A DNA stretch of 64,000 nt from Phallusia mammillata (Eukaryota): NCBI GenBank assembly GCA_965637545.1, contig OZ281496.1:13888001-13952000 (forward strand), in the 5' to 3' direction. The notes beneath the pieces were generated by a model. The model was not told where the DNA came from. It saw only the letters and a program-made list of their open reading frames with translations, and ran no database searches. Below are positions 23,865 to 35,617 of this stretch, piece after piece; position 1 is the first letter of the stretch; each line of letters starts with the position of its first letter. Position numbers and translations under genes: made by a program.

Positions 23865-24659
23865 CAATCAATCTCAGTCACGTAGCAATGCAGTTTTTTA
23901 CTTGTGAGAAATGGCCCACAGAGGTAACTCAGTGAGTGGCAAAGCTGAAATAACATATCACACATGAATAAGGCATTATGACGTCACAGGACATATTCAC
24001 TCACCAGCAATATGTATTTGCAGTCAACACGACTGTGCAGTTTACATGCGACGGATGTCACAACTGTAATACTTACATTTAAAGTTAGATTGAAGTCGAA
24101 CACTTTAAGTTAAAAGCATATGCAAGAAAGCTTAACCACGACAGCAATGCACAGAATCACAAGATCGCCAATCGAATTTCAGTTAAATCCATCCAATTAA
24201 TCTTTACAGTTTGCCACTATATTCCACAGCTGCAATAATGTATAGACTAGGTTAGCTTACACAACTACGACAGCTTTCACATAAATTCCAATCGCTAACC
24301 AATCGACACGGCCAGAAACAGACAAACCCTGACACACAAACTTGGAAATGATATCAACCACGCTACAGTTCGCGCATGCGCAGGAGTGACGCAACAATCA
24401 AAAGAATTTAAGAACAAAAATTATATCAGGAATTTAAGAACAAAAATTATACTATGAAATCCATGTACCAACAGAGAAAGTTTTTGATAAACTACAACCG
24501 CGTCTATACAATGAAACGTAAAGAGGTAAACTGGCGGCGCGCAGGTTGACGCACACGGTTACTTTTTCGTTTTGCAGTGTGTGTGTGCGCGTAACAATAC
24601 CTGTTTGTTACTAGCAAACAATACCTGTTTGTTACTAGTCTAACAATACGCCTTAAATA

Positions 24660-25153
24660 GTGTGACACTAAAACGCTGAATGGGTGGAACGGGCGGGACG
24701 TCGTGGAAACCGTTAAATATCGGGAAAATTGCTGACGGTTAGTGCTATTAGGTTTGGGTTGAGGTTTTATAAAAGTATGTGAATCAAAAAATGTCCCTGC
24801 CTAAAACTTATTCAGCTGTTTCCTGACATTCAGAAAAATGCTTGGGCGGGAAGTCTACCTCGGCAGCTGAATGTTTCCCTCGGTCGCGGAATGTATCCGG
24901 GGGAATTATTTTTAATGATTTTCTATTATAAAACCTTATCCCAACCTTAATAGCACTATATAAGCTATTGCTGCCAGGCATAGTATCAAGTTTAAAGACG
25001 ACCTGTAGGACGTCGAAACGTCGGAATAAAATCACATTTGCCAGAAGAGCTCTTTAAACTTAATAGCACTAATCGTCAGCAATTTAACCCGATATTCAGC
25101 GGTTTTCACGACGTCCCGCCATCTCCCGCCCATTCCGCGTTTTAGTGTCACCC
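24660..25153. mobile_element. MITE with about 90-bp TIRs and 8-bp TSD (possibly Merlin-type)
   Basis: GTGTGACACTAAAACGC.../...GCGTTTTAGTGTCACCC; flanks CTTAAATA / CTGAAATA. Mirrored at about 43617-44111. Confidence 0.7.
24959..25058 (+). mobile_element. 100-bp truncated Penelope-like 3' end with half hammerhead, nested in a MITE
   Basis: 13-bp TSD CTTAATAGCACTA (24946-24958 and 25059-25071); AAGACGACCTGTAGGACGTCGAAACGTCGG..GCCAGAAGAGCTC is homologous to 5058-5118. Confidence 0.65.
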
Positions 25154-25533
25154 CTGAAATACGCAAATAAAAACCCGCGTCTCAAGAAACCACAGCATTC
25201 GATGCTACATGGAAACGTGGGAAGTTTCATTTGCTGTAACTGTGTACCTCAAATGCAAGAAACTATATAACAACAAAAAGTCGAATGTCGGAAGATAATA
25301 AAAACGTTTTTACAGTGGCATTTTATTTCAAATTTGAAAAGGTCTTTGTGGTTTACAGTGTTTTTTTTCCTGAATAAAATTGGTGGGAATGGCTTTTGGA
25401 GTGGTAAAGGTTGGCGACCACTGATATATGTGCTTATTGTTTCAAGTACAGTATGAGCAGTGAGCTTAGCCTAAAAACTAAACAGAATCCTTCGCAGAAA
25501 GTTAATTGACAAGGATCAGAGTATCGTATAAAG

Positions 25534-26290
25534 CAGGGGCGGGCAACATACGGCCCGCGGGCCGGATCCGGCCCGCGACGGGATTTTGAGCGGCCCGCAG
25601 ACAGTTTCTGGTCTTACATGATAAAGTGACCCGCGGCCACAGTCGGCCGCAATCCCCCACTACTTGCTTACTACGTCAAGTTATATTTGTACGGACAGTA
25701 ACGCTACCCAATAGCAAAAAAATTTCCCGCCGTTGTTACCATATATCGTCCATTGTTACGACATAACTGCCAACCTTATATGTGACCTGCTTTCACGGTT
25801 TCCTTTGTTTCCACACGTGTAGCCTAGTTAGTGTTTCAGCAGTATCTAAGTCTGTGGTGAATAATTTTATGTTATATCAGTTAGAATTGTTTGGACTGTA
25901 TTGTAATTGTGACGTTCTTGATTGTATTTGGTTTAGGTCAGTGGTTCTCACACTCGGTTTTCGGGGCCGCATGCGGCTCCCAACTACTTATTTTGCGGCT
26001 CGCACCAGACCTCAGAAAACCACCAAAGATTGCTATTTTAGCTTTTAAAGTCATAATCTTTAGTGATTTTCTCAAGGTTTCGTTTTTTTTTGCGGCTCCC
26101 TGCACACTTAAAAAAATACCATTTGGCCCTGACAATAAAAAAGTTTGAGAACCACTGGTTTAGGTGGTCAAAAATCCGTTTTAAATCACTGGATGAATAC
26201 GCTATTAATGTATCGATTCGGGAATCCGGCCCGCCAAGTACTTCATTTTACCATATCAGGCCCGCCGACTGGAGAAGTTGCCCGCCCCTG
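25534..26290. mobile_element. hAT-Charlie MITE containing a nested hAT MITE (25939-26157)
   Basis: Outer TIRs CAGGGGCGGGCAAC / GTTGCCCGCCCCTG with perfect TSD GTATAAAG. Inner TIRs CAGTGGTTCTCA / TGAGAACCACTG with perfect TSD GTTTAGGT. Confidence 0.9.
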
Positions 26291-26384
26291 GTATAAAGTG
26301 TTCTCATGTCGCCGTGCGTGTCACTTTCGAATTTTCGAAATTTATTTCATAATAGAAGTGTTTGGATCGCAAAAAAGGTTAACG

Positions 26385-26756
26385 CTGCGGTTCTCAAACT
26401 GGGGTCCGTGAGGCAATTTTGCGGTGACCGCGAAAAGGGTAATTCTATGTTCTGATTTGGCGTCATTTTGTGCAACTGAATAAGTTTAAATCGACTGTCT
26501 CCATTGTAAACAATAGGCTTTATTGCATGACAACTAACAAAAATGCAATTGTTCGCGCACAATTGCAATGTTTTTGTCTTGTCTGTGATGTCAGATTTGG
26601 ATCATTGTTATGCGCAATTTTGCATAACTAGCTAAAATCCTGCAATCGACTTTCGTTTTTCTGAAATATACATTTGAGCTTAAGGACCGCGAGCCCTCGA
26701 AATAATGGCAATTGGACCGTTTAGAAAAAAATAATGAAAACGTTTGAAAACCACTG
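26385..26756. mobile_element. hAT MITE
   Basis: CTGCGGTTCTCAAAC / GTTTGAAAACCACTG; TSD GGTTAACG / GGTTAAAG. Confidence 0.7.
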
Positions 26757-28099
26757 GGTTAAAGCAACTGAGGTAAATTTTGTCAGGGATTGTATATCAT
26801 AAAATATGGCAACCCTAGAATAGTGTCGAAGTTTGACTGTACTACTAAAGAGTCGAAGTTTTCAAACGAGGTGCTGTAAAACCTTGATCAAAATCTGCTG
26901 TTGGATGGCCGCAAAACCTTCCACTTAATAAACAACAACAGTTCCAATAATGGATTACAACCATCAAGGCAGGGCTAAACTGCCAAACACTGTTAGCTTT
27001 TTTCAACTTTGAAACAGTACCGATAGACGATAAAATCCTTGGTTAAAACAGAATAAGTCAGTTTTGTGAGAAGTAATATAAATACCGCTTAAATGGCATT
27101 GAATGATCCAGTAGTACAAGTTTTACTGTATTATCATTTGAACTTTTTTTTAACATTCCTTCAAGCAGGGGTCGCAAACCTTTTATGCACTGCGGACCGG
27201 TTTGAAACGGAAATTTTTGTCGCGGACCTGCCTTTAAAACCACAAATAGTGACGATTATTACAACTTGGATTCAATGTGAACTTTGAGAAAGTTTTCTGC
27301 GGCCCGGTGGTTGCCGATCACTGCCTGAAAAGACTGGTTGCGTTTTTACAACTACGTACTACCAACCTTATTATGCAAAAAAAAACAACTATACTCAGCA
27401 TCGTTTCAGACCAGCAACACTGCAATTCCAAGCCATAAACTTTATTAACGAGATTAAATACAAGAATCATCTGCAACAAATAGAAAAACAACAACAACCA
27501 GCTGATTAAAAAATACCCATTGGCCATTTATCCACGACACATTCAATATATCTAACGCACCAAAACCTTACATCCTTTCAAACAACTCATACCTTAAAAA
27601 AATATTTGCCAAACCTGCATCTATTATTTTCAACATAATAAAATTACAATGATACATTAATCCAAGCAGGGTATACTAAGTTTGCAATGATTAGGAAAAA
27701 CAACGGAACATATATCAAGTTGCTAAACAATGCGGTTTTGGATTATGGTTTAATTTAAATGCCAGTTACCTTGTGTTATTTTTGTCCCATGATTGTTGAG
27801 GTCAAAGTTGCTTACTTAGTCAATCAAGGTTAAAAGCGTTTAATTCGCTGTTTCTTTCGCAATGAAGGCGGGACGCAGTAATTACGTAGACTTCAAAACA
27901 TTCCTCTGAAACTATTAATTTAGCAAGTATAATAGATACTAACTTTATTTCCCTGGTTACCTAGTCACGCACAAAGAAACAAAAATATGCCACAGAAATT
28001 ACCCGTTCAGCTAAGCCAATCTTGAATAGCGATCACTATGTCGGACTCCCGTCATCGATCTAGTTAAAACGAAGGAGATGCTCGACAACTGTTTTTGGA

Positions 28100-28159
28100 C
28101 TACTGTTGGATTACATAAGATGGTGGCTTATGAGTGCCACCACAAATAAATAAATAAAT
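28100..28159 (+). mobile_element. Possible LINE/SINE 3' tail
   Basis: Hairpin TGGTGGC-TTATGAGT-GCCACCA followed by (AAAT)4, typical of CR1/L2-type 3' ends. Confidence 0.35.
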
Positions 28160-29845
28160 GAATTGAAAACGAAACAAAAATTAACTGACAATCGAATTGA
28201 AAACACAAATCAAAATGAGAACGATAAACCATTAAAGATGTTGCAGTTTAGAAACTAAAACTGCCTTTGTGAACGAGTTCGGTTAAACCTCAAGTAAGAA
28301 AAATGGGGGCGACAGAACGTTTATTACGCTTTTTTTTTATTGCCAAGCATGTACATATTTCCTGAAACAGCTTCGACTCGAAATCTCTATTCTGACCCGA
28401 ATAAAGGTAGCAAGGCGTTCCGAAGGGGAACAGAAAACTCCGAAATAAGAGTGTGTGCTGTTGTCAAGGCCTGTTGATCGGAAATGCGTAACATGTAGTA
28501 AAATAGTCAGAGACTACGAGTATAAACTGGTTTTATGTTTCTAAGTACATAAGTTTGCTTAAAGCAACTCTCCGGATTTTTCCAGAACAAAATAAGAATA
28601 GTATTTGACCAAAATTTGGTTACTTCATTCCAGTATGAAACTGCACACAACCGTACCAAACGATTTACGTGAATGAAACAAGCCGCTAGCACAGCACATG
28701 TAGGAATTACAACAACTGTTTTTTAGCTATTGTAAGTCAAAGCACGCTTCGCTTGTTCCGCAACCTTACACAACTCTGAAGTAGATATTGTTTAAAAATG
28801 TGATGCACTGTGAAACCTAAGCTCTCCACAAGTATAAATTTAAAACACAGGGTACAGTCACGTTATTGTGTATTTTAACAAAGACGCGATGAGTGAAAAA
28901 AGTACACCATTTTTATGCTACTTTAAAACTGCGACCAAACACACCAGAAACCTACGTTTTAACAAAAAACGCGACATACACTTAAATTTTAATCTGTTAT
29001 ATTGCGATGATACAGAGTGACACTTCATGCAAGATTTTTATCTGACCGTCAAGTCTGAAAAACAATATCGGTGGGGAAATCAGATGCGCAACGAACGCGG
29101 ATGTCTGCGCACTCGCAATGCACGACTGCCTTTTTCTTTTAGCTACGGTTCACTGCACACTTAATTTTCGCTGCCACGCATGGCCCAGTTTGACATTCAC
29201 AACGCGTTTCGGGATGTTTCGCGCAGAAATTAGCTAGTGATGTTACATGTACCGACTACTAGCGGTTTTTAATTATTTGAATGCATGTAGTGGTAGTTGG
29301 TCAACATCAACAACAACAACAGCAGCATGCGGTGCAACACAATAATGTGTATGTGAGTAAAACGTTGTCAGACTACTGTTCTGTTCTTACCTAGCTCTGC
29401 TGTTCGGGTGACTTTTTTTTCTCAAGCAGAATTTACTTCTGTTGTCAGTTTATTAAAAGTTCACGTTTTTTTAGTTCATACAGCGATTTATTTGTGGGAA
29501 TCAAATACAAAAATAAGCTGTGGACAGATGCAGGAAAACCAAAAAAAAATCGTTGGTGAATTGCTCGCTAGGCAAGATTTAATTAGTTTTTTCGTTGTTT
29601 CTGAACCGGTTGTGTGAAATTAGTTTGTGATAACATTTAGATGTAGTCGAGTAATTTGTTACATTCAAACTTTCTAGTCTGTTGTGATGCGTTTTTGATT
29701 GTGATTTATTACCTTATAACAGCAAACTATTTGGCAAAGCAAGTTAATTCAACAGCCCTGATTTATTACAGCGTAATCTAGAATATTGCAAAGGCAACCG
29801 CCGGGTAGTGCGCTGGCACCTACGTATGAGAACCAACTACTTTGA

Positions 29846-30745
29846 ATGTGTGTTAGCTGGGACATGAATGAGCAATTACACCAAACTGGAAATTGGAAAC
29901 AACCTCATCGGTGTGATGTTCGTGAAACAGGATCTAGTCAAAAGGAAGTTTTGAACACACACATGTCTCACACTAAGAAAAAAATCCATCGGTGTGACGT
30001 ATGCGAAAAAGAATTTCGGCAAAGTGGAGTTTTGAAAAGACACATGTTGACTCATAGTAAAGAAAAAAACCATCGGTGTGATGTTTGTAAGAAAATGTTT
30101 AAGCTTGATGGTAATTTGAAAGCACACATGTTGATTCACACAAACGAAAAACCACATCGATGTAATATTTGTGATAAAAGATTTAGATATGGCTCAACTT
30201 TGAAATCACACATTTTGACTCACACTGAAGAAAAACCTCACGGATGCCATGTTTGTGAAAAACGGTTCCGTCAGGGGGGAACTTTGAAAACCCACATGTT
30301 GACTCACACAAAAGAGAAACCACATCGATGTGATGTTTGTGAGAAAAGATTTAGTCAAGCTGGAAGTTTGAAAACACACATGTTGACTCACACAAAAGAA
30401 AAACCGCATCGATGTGAAGTTTGTAAAAAAGCATTTGCACTCCGCGGACATGTAAAGTTACACATGCTGACTCATTCTAAAGAGAAGATTTATCAATGCG
30501 ATGTTTGCAAGAAAAGGTTTGGATTGTCTGGAACTTTGAAAGGACACATGTTGACTCACACACAACAGAAAACTCATCGATGTCGTGTCTGTGAAAAGAC
30601 ATTTCGATTTAAAGGAAATTTGAAAATACATATGCTAACGCATATGGAAGAGAAATTGCATGGATGTAATGTTTGTGCAAAGAGATTTAGACAGCTTGGA
30701 AGCCTAAAAAGACATATGTTGACTCATATGAAACAGGTGATGTAG
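29846..30745 (+). CDS. C2H2 zinc-finger protein, 9 intact fingers plus 1 degenerate finger
   Basis: 299-aa ORF of 28-aa repeats CxxC-x12-HxxxH with T(K/N/E)EKPH-type linkers. A likely upstream exon ends at 29352 (GTGAGT), with an acceptor at 29771. Confidence 0.9.
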   Translation: MCVSWDMNEQLHQTGNWKQPHRCDVRETGSSQKEVLNTHMSHTKKKIHRCDVCEKEFRQSGVLKRHMLTHSKEKNHRCDVCKKMFKLDGNLKAHMLIHTNEKPHRCNICDKRFRYGSTLKSHILTHTEEKPHGCHVCEKRFRQGGTLKTHMLTHTKEKPHRCDVCEKRFSQAGSLKTHMLTHTKEKPHRCEVCKKAFALRGHVKLHMLTHSKEKIYQCDVCKKRFGLSGTLKGHMLTHTQQKTHRCRVCEKTFRFKGNLKIHMLTHMEEKLHGCNVCAKRFRQLGSLKRHMLTHMKQVM

Positions 30746-30852
30746 TTGGATGTATAATTGTGTAAAAACGGTCCCATGTTACATGATGTACTTACAAAGT
30801 TGAGAGCAGTTGTCTATTTTTTAATTAAAAACACTTTTCGTTTTATGAGTGA

Positions 30853-31928
30853 CAGCAATTCGAATAAAACGAGTCAAGTATTTGTATTCATGAATTTCTG
30901 ACCAAACTACAACTACAAGTAATTCGAATACTATTCGAATAAACCGAGGCATGTATTCGTATTCATGACTTCTGCGCAGTTTTTCGTATTCACGAATTGT
31001 TTTGTAATGTTAAGGTGGTAGCAATTCGAATAAAACGTGTCAAGTATTAGTATTCATGAATAGTTGACCAAAAAACCGCAACGTGTAATTCGAATACTAT
31101 TCGAATAAACCCCAAGCGTGTATTCGTATTCATGAATACTTCGTACGTTTTAAGAAGTAGCAATTCGAGTTGTATTCGAATTAATAGTTCTAGTTATTTG
31201 TGTTCACGAATTGTTCAATGCACCGATTCGGATATTTGCAGTTGCGGAAAATAAAAGAGCCCCGAAACTTAAAAGGTATTCGATCAAAAAGTAACATGGG
31301 TTTATCAATCGCAAATTTATTAGTAAAAATGTAAACCAACGAGCTTTGTTTGCCACCTCAGCTTGACTGATTTAAGTCTCCGCTATATAAATTTCACCAA
31401 ATTTACATGAGATGTTTGCTTCATGAACACGCTACACCTGTTATGTGCTGAGAACAACCCAATGTTGCAAGCTTTGTAACACAATTCCATTTATGTAACA
31501 TCACAATTAACTTCTATGTGTCATTGTTTCGTAACATAATCAAAAACTTGTCATCAGGTCACACTCACTGCCAATTTGAATTGTATCGGAATCTATTTGG
31601 CAACAATATATAGCAAAATATTCTCGACTACTCCTAGTCTGGATTTTACGAATTGTTACCTTGCCAAAGGCCGACAACAATTCGAATTGTATTCGTAAAA
31701 AATATCGTGTATTCGAATTTGCAAATTTTTAGGTTGGCAAAAACCTACAACAATTCGAATGTATTCGAATAAATTTACTCAAGCTTTTGTATCCATGAAT
31801 TGTTGGTTCAAAAGATAACATCAACTATTCGAATTGTATTCATGCACTATCGAACGAAAGCCAAAATCATTCGAATACAGCACGAAGGTGGCAAAACCTG
31901 TATTCGAATACGAATTGTCCCATGTCTG
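30853..31928. mobile_element. Non-autonomous DNA transposon with arrays of (T)ATTCGAAT(A) palindromes; left end missing
   Basis: Many TATTCGAATA / ATTCATGAA motifs; right terminus CGAATTGTCCCATGTCTG (CAGACATGGG on the minus strand, similar to the hAT MITE at 2792). Confidence 0.6.
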
Positions 31929-33441
31929 CTAACCGGACCTCGCAACTAACGAGGACCTCAGACCACTCGCTAACGCCAAATTGTTGTTAACAAAGTCACA
32001 CAGTCACGTCGGAAATCAATTGTGGCTACGTATTTTGTTGGTAAATGTTTGTACAAACGAATAAAAAAATCGTAAATGTCGGTTTTAATTCAATTTTAAA
32101 ATGGCGTTTGCGAAGAATAACTGTATTGGATTGATGCCATCAATTCACGAGGATTTACACATTTTCCAGTTAAAATAAATTGCAAAAATTCCGGTAAAAA
32201 GTGTCTGATGCTGGAAGAACAAGAAACATTTAAGCCATTGTACCAACCGTCCGTGTGGTAGTGACTCAAAATTGTTTACACCCTCCACATTTTCTTTCAA
32301 CACTCTAGCTATAAGATGAACGTGTCAAGATAGGTTGTTTTTATTGCTCACAGTAGTTATTTTGTGTTAAATTTATAACATTGTCAAGTATTTTTTATTT
32401 TTTTTTAAGTACTTGTCCGTTTTATAATGTGTCTCAAATCTCTGCCTGCAAACACTGTCATTGAGGAACCTCCACAATAAATGCAATGATCTGCATGACA
32501 ATATTGCCAGATACTGAAGTGATTCCATTTTAATAACATGATTATTCAAACAGCATGTACTTGTGTTTATTAGAAACAAAAAGTGACAGTGTAGCATTAC
32601 ATGAATAAAATTGAAATGAGAACAAATAAAACACAAAAATTTTGAACAAATTGACAAATGAGTTGTTCTAATATACCATGCGAGGCATGGAAAATTCAGA
32701 AACACTAATGCACATAATACAAACACCATATACAGTATTAATACTGACTAAAAATGTAATTTTTAAGTGCCTAAGGTTGATCGTACTTTATTCAGCTTTA
32801 CAGCAGTCAAATTTGACCTGTAATTTTGGTCACAATGCTCCAATTTGGACTTATTTTGTGTGTGTGTGTCCAACAAGCCTCTTTCTGCATCATGGTTTTG
32901 GTCTGTATCTTTGTATTAGGACACTGGTTCTTATTTTGTCTTATTTTCTGTAATTGAAAAATTAATATGTGTTATTGGGATGGTTAATTGAAGATGCAAA
33001 CCATAAAACCTTATAAAATAAGTTGTACAAAACATGTGTTTAGGTATAATAAAGTTGTCATTGTTTCAAACATAAATGAAAATCACCCCAATGTCACCAG
33101 TTAGAAATTGTAAATCATTTCATAAAGTGCAAACTTACGTTAATCACAGATCTTACCGTATTGTTATGAAGCTCCAACGTTTTCTTTTCACAAAAAATAT
33201 ACCAGAAGATGTTTTGCACCTTTTCTATGATACGAAACTTCTATTTCAACTGTTGTCCAAGTTTCAATCAATTCTTGCAATGTTTCTTGATGTTCTTATG
33301 CTACTTTATCAAATAAACAACTTCCAAACTCTCCTTAATTTAGGAAATCCAAACATTTTGAGGTCATATTGCAAATTTACGACAGGCTAAAATTGTTTGT
33401 CGCAAGGGCTCACATAGCGTGGCGTGACGATTTCGCTGAGT
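31929..33441 (+). mobile_element. Second, terminally truncated copy of the Harbinger-type element at 17581-19376
   Basis: Colinear with about 17678-19203 at high identity; duplicated ORF-track peptides (FLINTSTCC.., MKITPMSPVRNCKSF..). Confidence 0.88.
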
Positions 33442-33457
33442 AAATTGAAAAGTAAAT

Positions 33458-33987
33458 CTTTTCCAGATCACAAATACAAGCGTAAAATTCGGTGCCTTTC
33501 TAATGAACTTCTAATCTGTCAAGTCGACAAGGCAAAAAAGAAAACAAACATAGTGAGTAATGGTTGTTGCGGTAAGTTTCATGTTATTTCAATCTAACAA
33601 AACCGAAATCTGCAATCATACCTTTTTTTGTAAACCACGTTAGCCGAAGTTATAAACCTCACCTGTGACACGTTATGTTTATTCATGACTTCGTAGTACT
33701 TGAACCAGTTTTATGAGTCTTGACAAACACGAACTTGAGCATAGGCCTGGAACATTTTTTATTTTCTATTCTGATCACTGGAGTAATGTTTGTGTGTGGT
33801 TGAAGCATTGGCTACCAAAAACAAATAGGACCAATATAAGAGGCGATGCACAATTTAATTTTTTTGAAACACTTACCTTTACATCAATGACCGGTTTTAT
33901 CGGCGTAATAAGCAGAAAACATATTGAGGTCAATGACAGAAACACTGAAATAATAAAACCGATACGGCACAGCTCTAGTCTGTTCAT
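33458..33987 (-). pseudogene. Galactose-3-O-sulfotransferase (Gal3ST-like) 5' fragment
   Basis: Exon 33987-33877 MNRLELCRIGFIISVFLSLTSICFLLITP..DVK (signal anchor, GTAAGT donor). Exon 33811-33663 ..CSRPMLKFVFVKTHKTGSSTTKS* (5'-PSB motif, then a stop). Truncated by the Harbinger copy. Confidence 0.75.
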
Positions 33988-34169
33988 TGTGGTCCCGATG
34001 CTGTGCAAAAACCGGTCATATGTAAACTAAGTTAAGCATGCCAGAATATCTTCTGTGTGCTGAACTACTGTAGGACCAACCTTTTTACACGAGTTTGTGT
34101 TTGAAATGCATTTCGTCAACAGCAACAAGTTGTTTAAGTTTTATACTTTGCACAGTGTAATCAACAATA

Positions 34170-35617
34170 AATTTATTACCAGCAGTTACAGTGTTTGATA
34201 AATCTGCTAACGCGCCTTAAGGGATAGGTTTGCACGAAATAACCTTCCGCTGCATCTCCACTAACAAAAATGGTGCTCGGCTGGAGTTTCTTGATGTACT
34301 GCACATCATAGACAAAACTTAGCGGGGTGGTTTTTACAGCACCAACTATGTAAAACCTACGGCAAAAGGGAGATTATTCCTCAACGGCACGTCCCACCAT
34401 CCACCTTGGATTTTTAGAGGCATCGTGTTTGGGGAGTGCATTTGTCTCCGCCGACTTAATGAAATACATGACCGATATAGGTCCAGCCTCTGCGACCTTG
34501 AGGCAAAATGTCGACGCTCCAGTTTTCCATTTAAAGTGTATTCCGTCATACTTACTGCAGCAGCCAAATGGAAGGAACGCTTTGCCCCCCCCCCCCCAAC
34601 TTCCAGACACCGGAGCGAAAAAAGAATTGTTTGGGCGACCTCCTTCACCAACATTCTACGACTGACTGACCGGGAAAGGCAGTTGAAGCCATCAGCGTGT
34701 GTAGTCTACAAGCGACCCTTCACCATCGGCGCTGCCTTGATGCGTTACAAAATATTAGCGCACGAAACAGCAGATCATAAAACAGGATCTTATCCTTGTG
34801 GCAAATGCGCCCTGTGCGGTCACCACGGCAAATCCAAATCAATGGTTTTTCCGGTGACTGACTTGCGGTCACAACAAAGACTGTTCCACTTACGTCAGCA
34901 ACTTTCGTGTCGTAACTACGGAATATATGTTGCCACGTGTTTGGCGTGTGAAGAATAATATGTCGGCCAAACTAAAAATCAGTTTTCGACCCGATGGAAT
35001 TCACATCGAGCTGTTTGGCGGACGTCCGACATATGTGCAGGGGGTGACCGCGCGGCCCTTCTTCAGCACTACCACAATAAACATTTCCGACTTTTCCAAA
35101 AAAATTAGGTATTGCACAATGCTATAATGTGGTTTTTGTAGAGGAACCTCGGACTGAAAATTTGGACGTTTGTGAAAACAAATGGCTAATTTTAACGGGC
35201 GCAACAATAAATGTTCAATCTATGGTCCTTCCTGCGGTTCGTTGACTGCAATCGCTTTGTTGCTACAATCGTGTTTGTTTTTTCGTTTTTCGCCCTTATC
35301 TTTTCCTCGCCTTTTTTCGTGGTTTTAATCAGCGCCATACCTGCCGGTCTGCATTTGCAGTCCTGTAAGACAGAGGATATAGGCTTTTTGTGGTTGGTCT
35401 GGGTGTGTGAGTTTTTTGTGTATTTCTTGCTTTTATCCCGCTTTTTATTTTGTTTTTTTTATAGGGAAATGCATTTGTTTTGATAAAACAAATAAAAGAT
35501 AGCGACAGATTTAGTGGTTTTTCACACTGAATTTTCTTCATCTGGTTTTATTGACCCTGAATCGTCGCGGTCGTTTTACTTGAAAGGAGATTTCAATAAT
35601 AAGAAAAGAATTACTAT
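34170..35617 (+). mobile_element. 5'-truncated, degenerate Penelope-like element (second, related family)
   Basis: LEFLDV..GTSHHPPWIFRGIVFGE..PCGKCALCGHHG..CRNYGIYVATCLACEE*YVGQTK..MVLPAVR* (stop at 35245), followed by a T-rich tail. Absent from the paralogous site near 56537. Confidence 0.85.

Larger units (their letters stand above)
13424..30042 (+). repeat. Left arm of large inverted duplication (partner 38735-50970)
   Basis: Reverse-complement identity traced from 30042/38735 to 13424/50970; mirrored ORFs in the ORF track. Confidence 0.95.

Noticed and set aside
23435-23965. Hydrophobic 176-aa ORF (and its mirror 44806-45336) as an env or membrane gene
   Set aside because: It spans flank plus T-rich LTR sequence, so its composition explains the hydrophobicity.
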